A DNA stretch of 64,000 nucleotides from NCBI GenBank assembly GCA_020629715.1, contig JAHDCU010000003.1:184879-248878 (forward strand), given 5' to 3'. Numbering within the stretch: position 1 is the stretch's first letter; each line of letters opens with the position of its first letter. Origin of the DNA: Saprospiraceae bacterium (GTDB taxonomy: Bacteria; Bacteroidota; Bacteroidia; Chitinophagales; Saprospiraceae). The notes under the pieces are model-generated. The model saw only the letters and a list, made by a program, of their open reading frames with translations, did not search any database and was not told where the DNA came from. Positions 58,035-64,000 of this stretch are shown in pieces. Both the position numbers and the translations under genes were made by a program.

Positions 58035-59564
58035 TTATTTGGTAGGTTGGTAAAAGCTTGTTGAGGTAGTCGTAATCTTCTGATTATCACTCCATACTTC
58101 GATACCAATCTCATTATTTCTACCTTTCAGATAGTGTCTTTTGACTTTCATAAAGAGGACACCCTCTAACTTGGCTCTAGGCCTAGCAATGATTGACTTC
58201 CCGATAATTTCAAAATCGACATCACTAAATCCTTCCTCTGCTCTAAACTCAATGGTTAGTAGATCATCCGATTTATTGACAATTTCAAAGTTGTACATAT
58301 TACTGATAGAGTCATTCTCAATCTCTTGATATAATAGCCCCGGAGTGCGGAGTAATAATACTTCGACCGGTTCTCTTGCAACGAATAGAAAAGATTCTAA
58401 AACCATCAAGATTACTAATACAACAGAATATGCTTTCGCACGAGAGGTAAATAGCTTACGAGTACCGTTTTTAATATTATTGTAGCTATCAATCCGGATC
58501 AATCCAGTTGGTTTCCCTAGTTTGATCATGACTTCATCGCAGGCATCCATACATGCAGTGCAGTTTACGCATTCGAGCTGTATCCCATTTCGTATATCTA
58601 TTCCGGTCGGGCAAACCTGTACACATTTATGACAATCTACGCAGTCTCCTACTCTACTTTCTGCGAGGGCGGCAGTATCAATGGCTCCAAAATCAGAAAG
58701 CTGAAATACGCTAGTTTCATCTGTGATCAGTTTCTGAGCAATAGATTTACAACCGTTGCCAACACCACAATCTTTACATAGTGTATTCTTTTTCTTCTTA
58801 GCGTATTTTGTCCTAGGTTCGCCTCTTTTAAAATCATAAGTAATAGCAAGGCTATCATCATCCACTAAGACACTTTGCATACGTCCATACGGGCAGATCG
58901 TAGTGCATACTTGTTCTCTCATAAATGCAAATACTCCGTAAAACATACCCGTGAGTACAACCATGGCGATAAATATGCCTATACTCTCAGAAATAGGCGA
59001 AAACAAAAGGGACCATACTCGCTCTACCCCTATGACATAAGCAAGGAAGGTATGTGTTATTAAAACAGAAATAAGTATGAATAACGCATGCTTCAATCCC
59101 TTTTTCATAGTTTTATTCAGATCCCAGCTTCTTTTATTTAGCTTTTTTTGTTGTGAAAAAGTACCTTCTATGATATACTCAATAGGACGAAACACCAGCT
59201 CCATAAAAACAGTCTGTGGACATACCCATCCACAAAAAACTCGGCCATATACAACCGTAAATAGCGCTATAAAAAGAATACCAATGAGCATGGCTATCAC
59301 GAAGATGTGAAAATCATGTGGGGCGAAGTATTGTCCTAGAATGATAAACTCTAAATCGGGTATATTGAATAACATCAATGGTCTACCAGCAACCTGAATA
59401 AACGGCATGATAAATAAAACGAGTATTAAAATATACCCTATAACTTTACGATAGTCATAAAATCTTCCATTTGGTTGTCTTGGGTATAGCCATATCCTTT
59501 TTCCTGAAGCATCTACTGTGCTTATTTTATCTCTAAAGGATGAGTGGCTAGCTATGGTACTCAT
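58035..59564 (-). CDS. ccoG: cbb3 oxidase accessory protein CcoG (polyferredoxin)
   Basis: 509 aa. TM helices plus two 4Fe-4S motifs ('CVDCHKCVQVCP', 'CVNCTACMDACD'). Confidence 0.85.
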   Translation of the reverse strand: MSTIASHSSFRDKISTVDASGKRIWLYPRQPNGRFYDYRKVIGYILILVLFIMPFIQVAGRPLMLFNIPDLEFIILGQYFAPHDFHIFVIAMLIGILFIALFTVVYGRVFCGWVCPQTVFMELVFRPIEYIIEGTFSQQKKLNKRSWDLNKTMKKGLKHALFILISVLITHTFLAYVIGVERVWSLLFSPISESIGIFIAMVVLTGMFYGVFAFMREQVCTTICPYGRMQSVLVDDDSLAITYDFKRGEPRTKYAKKKKNTLCKDCGVGNGCKSIAQKLITDETSVFQLSDFGAIDTAALAESRVGDCVDCHKCVQVCPTGIDIRNGIQLECVNCTACMDACDEVMIKLGKPTGLIRIDSYNNIKNGTRKLFTSRAKAYSVVLVILMVLESFLFVAREPVEVLLLRTPGLLYQEIENDSISNMYNFEIVNKSDDLLTIEFRAEEGFSDVDFEIIGKSIIARPRAKLEGVLFMKVKRHYLKGRNNEIGIEVWSDNQKITTTSTSFYQPTK

Positions 59565-59591
59565 GTATTAATACTTTTAACGATTAAATTT

Positions 59592-60506
59592 TTACTCTTG
59601 ATAACTCAAGTCTTTTTCGTCCAAATCTGGATTTTCGCTAACATATTTACTGCCCTGTGGACCCTTTGCATTGGCAGGTGTAGAGCCTTGAATACTCATA
59701 ATATAACTTGCAACTTTTTGTATATCACTTGGACTGAGTTGTGCTTTCCAAGCTATCATCCCTTTCTGTGGGACACCATATTTTATTCTTTTGAATACAT
59801 TAGCTATACCACCACCATGTAGCCAATATTCATCTGTCAGATTAGGACCTACTCCACCTCCTCCGTCAACCCCATGGCAAGAAGCACAATTCACAGAAAA
59901 GATCACTCTGCCTTGTGCTAATGCCTTCCCATCTAAGGCAGTTACATTTGATTCATCTACAAGATTAGCTTGTCCTCTGAGATATGCCCGACGAGCAATT
60001 TCGGCATTTCTCATCTCTGTGGCATACTCTATTTCCATATTCGTAGCGTGATCAGAGTAGTGGTAGTAATAGATATAGCCTACTGCAAATAATATTGATA
60101 AATAAAAGCCATATAACCACCAAGGTGGCAACTTGTTATCGAGCTCATAGATACCATCATGTGCATGCTCAAGTAATATATCAGACTCTTTTTGTACTGG
60201 CACAATGGACCAAGCCCAATTATATGCTCTTTGAAAAATATTAGTCTGTTCAGTAGCTGATTCCTTTTCTACATATAACTCAGGATTGATAGATCTACGA
60301 TATGTATACATGATATCTTGAAATAGTCTTCCTAGCGTGACCATAGATCCTAGGATCACCGCAAGACCTAGTAGTAGGACAAAATTTTCTAGTACCCATG
60401 TAAGCCAATGACCCTCCTTGGCTACGGACTCAACTGCTTGTGCATGTACTTCTACCAGTGTCACTATACTTAGACATACTGTATATATTGATTTTTTTAC
60501 ATTCAT
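59592..60506 (-). CDS. ccoP: cbb3-type cytochrome c oxidase subunit III (diheme cytochrome c)
   Basis: The start at 'MNVKKSIYTV' (ATG at 60504-60506) is used because the longer ORF has an implausible N-terminal extension. Heme site 'CASCHG' and a second c-type domain are present. Confidence 0.8.
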   Translation of the reverse strand: MNVKKSIYTVCLSIVTLVEVHAQAVESVAKEGHWLTWVLENFVLLLGLAVILGSMVTLGRLFQDIMYTYRRSINPELYVEKESATEQTNIFQRAYNWAWSIVPVQKESDILLEHAHDGIYELDNKLPPWWLYGFYLSILFAVGYIYYYHYSDHATNMEIEYATEMRNAEIARRAYLRGQANLVDESNVTALDGKALAQGRVIFSVNCASCHGVDGGGGVGPNLTDEYWLHGGGIANVFKRIKYGVPQKGMIAWKAQLSPSDIQKVASYIMSIQGSTPANAKGPQGSKYVSENPDLDEKDLSYQE

Positions 60507-60516
60507 GATACTATGA

Positions 60517-60696
60517 TTATTGAGGTAGTAAATCTTCACAATCATCGAGTGGGAGATTAGATAACCTTGCCACTTCACTCTTGTCTTTGATAAAAATGAG
60601 ATATGCTGATAAGGTAAAAACGAAGAAGAAAGTGAGTAGAGCAAATAATGCCATCCAATCAAAATCACCGAGCTTTTCTAAAATATACTTGTACAT
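60517..60696 (-). CDS. ccoQ: cbb3 oxidase small subunit CcoQ-like (59 aa, below the ORF-track cutoff)
   Basis: Translation from the minus strand gives 'MYKYILEKLGDFDWMALFALLTFFFVFTLSAYLIFIKDKSEVARLSNLPLDDCEDLLPQ*'. It has a single TM and sits between ccoNO and ccoP. Confidence 0.6.
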   Translation of the reverse strand: MYKYILEKLGDFDWMALFALLTFFFVFTLSAYLIFIKDKSEVARLSNLPLDDCEDLLPQ

Positions 60697-60707
60697 GACT
60701 ACTCTTT

Positions 60708-62849
60708 TTAATTGTTATTTACTACACCATCTGCTTGGATATCCGTACCCATGCGCTGCAGATAGGCGATGAGAGCTACGATCTCTTTATCCTCTAGGTT
60801 TTCTTGTTCTATACCTTGTTCATTGAGTTCCTTAGCGATACGTCTCGCTTGAGCATTGATTGCCTTCTGTACTTGCTCATCTGCTGTAAACTCATATGGA
60901 GTGTTGAGATACTTGAGTACTTTGATTTTCGCAAACGTATACTCTGTATCCAAATCTTGATCGATCATCCACTCATATGATGGCATGATAGATCCCGGAG
61001 ACATAGATTCAGGGTCAAGCATATGGTTATAATGCCAACTGTGAGGATACTTATTACCTATACGATGCAGATCAGGTCCTGTCCGCTTACTTCCCCATAA
61101 AAATGGACGGTCGTATACAAACTCTCCAGATTTACTAAACTCGCCATATCTCTCTGTCTCTGATCTAAACGGTCGTATCATCTGCGAATGACAACTGACA
61201 CATCCTTCTCGGATATATAGATCTCTACCCTCAAGCTCCAATGGCGTATAAGGCTGAACACTGGCAATAGTCGGTACATTTTTATCAATCACCAACATGG
61301 GGAATATCTCTACGATACCACCAATCAATACCACCAAGGCACTAGCAACTAGCATCTGGATAGGTCTACGCTCTATCCATCTATGCCAAGAGACACCATC
61401 CGTCATCGGTATATCTTGTAAGGGTGCTGCACTCGCTTTAGTATCCCTGATGAGACTTCCTTGACGAGCAGTTTTGATCAGATTGTATGCCATCAAGAAT
61501 ACCCCAAGTACATAGATCGCTCCGCCCAGGCTTCTGAGTCCATACATCGGTATGATCTGAGTCACGGTCTCTAAGAAGTTTCCATAAGCCAAAAATCCAT
61601 CAGCTGTAAACTGCTTCCACATCATACTCTGCGTCCACCCTGCCCAATATAAAGGCACTGTGTAGAATATGGTACCAAGAGTACTCATCCAAAAATGGGT
61701 ATTAGCCAATCTTGTAGAGAATAATTTAGTCCCATATAATTTTGGCCATAGCCAATACAGGATACCAAAGGTCAACATCCCATTCCACCCTAGTGTACCT
61801 ACATGTACATGAGCAACAGTCCAGTCTGTATAGTGACTTATCGCATTGATAGATTTGATACTCAACAGCGGGCCCTCTAATGTTGCCATACCATATGCAG
61901 TGATGGCCACAACCATAAATTTAAGGATCGGGTCTTGTCTCACTTTATCCCATGCCCCTCTAAGCGTCAATAAACCATTAAGCATACCACCCCATGATGG
62001 AGCGATCAACATAATACTAAATACCGTACCGAGACTCTGCGCCCAATCTGGTAAAGATGTATATAAAAGGTGATGAGGACCAGCCCAGATATAGATAAAT
62101 ATCAAGGCCCAGAAGTGAACAATCGACAGCCGATATGAATAGACAGGTCTATTAGCGGCTTTAGGTAAAAAATAATACATCAAACCTAAGTACGGAGTAG
62201 TCAAGAAAAACGCTACGGCATTGTGACCATACCACCATTGTATCAAAGCATCCTGTACCCCTGCAAATACTGGAATACTATTCCACATATGGACAGGGAT
62301 CTCAAGATTTTTGATCACATGTAGTAGCGTAACCGTTACCCAAGTACCGATATAAAACCATATGGCTACGTATAGGTGCTGCTCACGCCTTTTGAAGATG
62401 GTGCCAAACATATTGAGACCAAACACGATCCAAATAAGCGCTATACCTAAGTCAATAGGCCACTCCAATTCTGCATATTCTGCACTAGAAGTGTATCCTA
62501 ATGGTAGCGTAATGGCTGCGGCTAAAATAATCGCCTGCCAACCCCAAAAGTGGACTTTTGAGAGTAGATCACTCCACATTCTAGCCTTCAATAACCGTTG
62601 TAGAGAATAATAGACTCCCATGAAAATACCATTGCCCACAAATGCAAAAATCACCGCATTAGTATGCAATGGTCTGATACGACCAAAAGTAAAATATTGT
62701 GTAATATTAAAGTCTGGCCATATGAGCTGCAATGCAGCTAACAAACCTACCAACATACCTACGATTCCCCATATTGTGGTTGCGATACCAAAATCTCTGA
62801 CGATCTTGTTATCATAGGAAAAGTGTTCTAAAGTTGTTTTTTCTGACAT
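60708..62849 (-). CDS. ccoNO: Fused cbb3-type cytochrome c oxidase subunits I+II
   Basis: 713 aa. The N-terminal region is a heme-copper oxidase subunit I (multiple TM helices, His ligands). The C-terminal region is a CcoO-like monoheme domain ('CVSCHSQMIRP'). Confidence 0.9.
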   Translation of the reverse strand: MSEKTTLEHFSYDNKIVRDFGIATTIWGIVGMLVGLLAALQLIWPDFNITQYFTFGRIRPLHTNAVIFAFVGNGIFMGVYYSLQRLLKARMWSDLLSKVHFWGWQAIILAAAITLPLGYTSSAEYAELEWPIDLGIALIWIVFGLNMFGTIFKRREQHLYVAIWFYIGTWVTVTLLHVIKNLEIPVHMWNSIPVFAGVQDALIQWWYGHNAVAFFLTTPYLGLMYYFLPKAANRPVYSYRLSIVHFWALIFIYIWAGPHHLLYTSLPDWAQSLGTVFSIMLIAPSWGGMLNGLLTLRGAWDKVRQDPILKFMVVAITAYGMATLEGPLLSIKSINAISHYTDWTVAHVHVGTLGWNGMLTFGILYWLWPKLYGTKLFSTRLANTHFWMSTLGTIFYTVPLYWAGWTQSMMWKQFTADGFLAYGNFLETVTQIIPMYGLRSLGGAIYVLGVFLMAYNLIKTARQGSLIRDTKASAAPLQDIPMTDGVSWHRWIERRPIQMLVASALVVLIGGIVEIFPMLVIDKNVPTIASVQPYTPLELEGRDLYIREGCVSCHSQMIRPFRSETERYGEFSKSGEFVYDRPFLWGSKRTGPDLHRIGNKYPHSWHYNHMLDPESMSPGSIMPSYEWMIDQDLDTEYTFAKIKVLKYLNTPYEFTADEQVQKAINAQARRIAKELNEQGIEQENLEDKEIVALIAYLQRMGTDIQADGVVNNN

Positions 62850-62858
62850 CTCAAATAA

Positions 62859-63029
62859 TTAATTTGATTCGTTAATATTGCTATCTACCATGTCATCCTC
62901 TAATAAAATTCGCATGGAAGGAGTGTGGACATCATCAAATTGATTGTATTTAATCGCCCAGAAAAAAGCAAATAGAAAACCCGCTGCTACAATGAGACTA
63001 ATGGCGATCAAAAAAATAATGATGTTCAT
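62859..63029 (-). CDS. ccoS: cbb3 oxidase maturation protein CcoS/FixS (56 aa, below the ORF-track cutoff)
   Basis: The minus strand translates to 'MNIIIFLIAISLIVAAGFLFAFFWAIKYNQFDDVHTPSMRILLEDDMVDSNINESN*'. The conserved CcoS core (TM + QFDD...P..RIL.DD) is present. Confidence 0.7.
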   Translation of the reverse strand: MNIIIFLIAISLIVAAGFLFAFFWAIKYNQFDDVHTPSMRILLEDDMVDSNINESN

Positions 63030-63146
63030 TTGTTATTAATTTTACTCTAAACTAATGGGATAGTTGTGGCTACTTTATGATATAGATCATAGTCCAAAAT
63101 GATTATGATCATCATGATCATTTGAGTCTTACTACTAGTCTTTATA

Positions 63147-64000
63147 CTATATAGCCTGGCTGTACATCTTGGCTACAGTCTTATAGTTAGCATCTAAAAC
63201 AGCCGCTACATTACGCATAAATGATACTCCTTTGGTAAGTAATTGTATGCTATTGCCATCATATAGTATTAGACCATCCGACATCATCATGCGAAGACTT
63301 TCATCTTGGTGAATACTTAGCTGAAAATCTTTGATACTGCACATATGATTACATAATAAGTCTTTAATCAAGGCCGCAATTCTGCGATCTAGCTTAGACA
63401 TTTTATGACTTTTGGCAATCGGAAAAAGACCTTGCTCAATAGACGTTCTATATTGCTTGAGATTCTTTTCATTTTGCATGAAAAAATCCTCAGTTGCACT
63501 TATGGATGATATACCAAGCCCTAGAGTACTAGTATTTCCTCCTGTGGTATAGCCCATAAAGTTTCGATGTAATGAACCCTCCAGAAATGCCTTATATAAG
63601 GTATCATCGGTTTTACAAAAATGATCAAAACCGATCATTTGGTAATCCATATCAGCAAGTTGATTTTTTGCCAACTGGAATAACTTCCACTTATCTAATC
63701 CTTTAGGTACATGACTGACGTCGAATAATCTCTGGCTTCGTGACTTCCAAGGAACATGTGCATAAGAATAAAATGCAATACGATCGGGTCTGATAAAATC
63801 AACATAACGTAGCGTATCTGAGATATGCTCTTCTGTCTGAAAAGGTAATCCATAGATCAAATCAAAGTTGACGGACTCATAACCCAACTCTCTGCTCCAT
63901 GAGGTAAGTTTGGTGATTTGGTTAATCGTTTGTTTCCTATTGATGACTTTAAGTATATGCTCATTGATATCTTGGACACCAATACTTACTCGATTGAACT
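63147..64000 (-). CDS. hemN: Oxygen-independent coproporphyrinogen-III oxidase-like radical SAM protein, 5'-truncated by the window edge
   Basis: The reading frame stays open upstream of the annotated TTG through to base 64000. It encodes '...RVSIGVQDINEHILKVINRKQTINQITKLTSWSRELGYESVNFDLIYGLP', which matches the HemN core and is followed by the HemN_C region. Confidence 0.8.
   Translation of the reverse strand, partial: FNRVSIGVQDINEHILKVINRKQTINQITKLTSWSRELGYESVNFDLIYGLPFQTEEHISDTLRYVDFIRPDRIAFYSYAHVPWKSRSQRLFDVSHVPKGLDKWKLFQLAKNQLADMDYQMIGFDHFCKTDDTLYKAFLEGSLHRNFMGYTTGGNTSTLGLGISSISATEDFFMQNEKNLKQYRTSIEQGLFPIAKSHKMSKLDRRIAALIKDLLCNHMCSIKDFQLSIHQDESLRMMMSDGLILYDGNSIQLLTKGVSFMRNVAAVLDANYKTVAKMYSQAI

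Noticed and set aside
59592-60668. The long form of ccoP (358 aa), and likewise the long forms of ccoH (57599-58114) and the DUF4956 gene (TTG at 26193)
   Set aside because: The N-terminal extensions are non-conserved-looking and overlap neighbouring genes. Internal ATG starts give typical signal/TM N-termini and normal operon spacing.
60581-60772. A 63-aa plus-strand ORF between ccoP and ccoNO
   Set aside because: The opposite strand encodes a ccoQ-like 59-aa TM protein in the syntenically expected place.
1-64000. CRISPR arrays, tRNA/rRNA genes, and transposase or integrase genes
   Set aside because: None was found. There are no spaced identical repeats of 25-40 bp and no tRNA-like GC-rich cloverleaf candidates; the 12236-12310 GC island lacks T-loop and anticodon architecture. 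No ORF has DDE, tyrosine or serine recombinase motifs.

Overview
The window is a 64 kb chromosomal segment from an AT-rich Bacteroidota genome. The phylum call rests on T9SS C-terminal sorting domains, a fused ccoNO gene, TolB-like propeller fused to an amidohydrolase, and SusD-free envelope loci.

Most of the window is core metabolism and envelope biology. Recognisable genes include glyA, prs, mgsA, uvrC, galE, cysQ, a plant-type soluble acyl-ACP desaturase, an NfeD/flotillin pair, M1 and S9 peptidases, and a complete cbb3 oxidase assembly cluster. That cluster reads hemN(partial)-ccoS-ccoNO-ccoQ-ccoP-ccoG-ccoH-TauE-like, and two of its genes fall below the 60-aa ORF cutoff.

Several accessory or unusual loci stand out.

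- A small defence islet at 7.9-10 kb holds an Abi_C/HEPN protein with an R-x6-H motif and a PIN-domain toxin-antitoxin pair. It sits next to a decayed 3' remnant of a paralog of the neighbouring TPR/beta-barrel gene.
- A second toxin-antitoxin module, hipBA, lies at 41.4-42.9 kb.
- A surface-glycan locus at 12.5-22.7 kb combines a large polytopic GT-C-like membrane protein with a divergently transcribed Dpm1-like GT2, a membrane-anchored GH5-like hydrolase, a GT4, a flippase and a DUF2971 protein.
- A four-gene envelope operon at 23.0-26.2 kb (membrane protein, HlyD adaptor, coiled-coil outer-membrane protein, DUF4287) has no recognisable inner-membrane transporter.
- A minimal stand-alone SET-domain protein lies at 26.4-26.8 kb.
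- A Cys-rich lipoprotein at 29.6-30.3 kb is split by a single in-frame TGA.
- A 5x tandem 8-mer sits immediately upstream of a small ORF at 32.9 kb, and a perfect 28-bp palindrome sits just after that ORF.

No rRNA, tRNA, CRISPR array, transposase or integrase was found.
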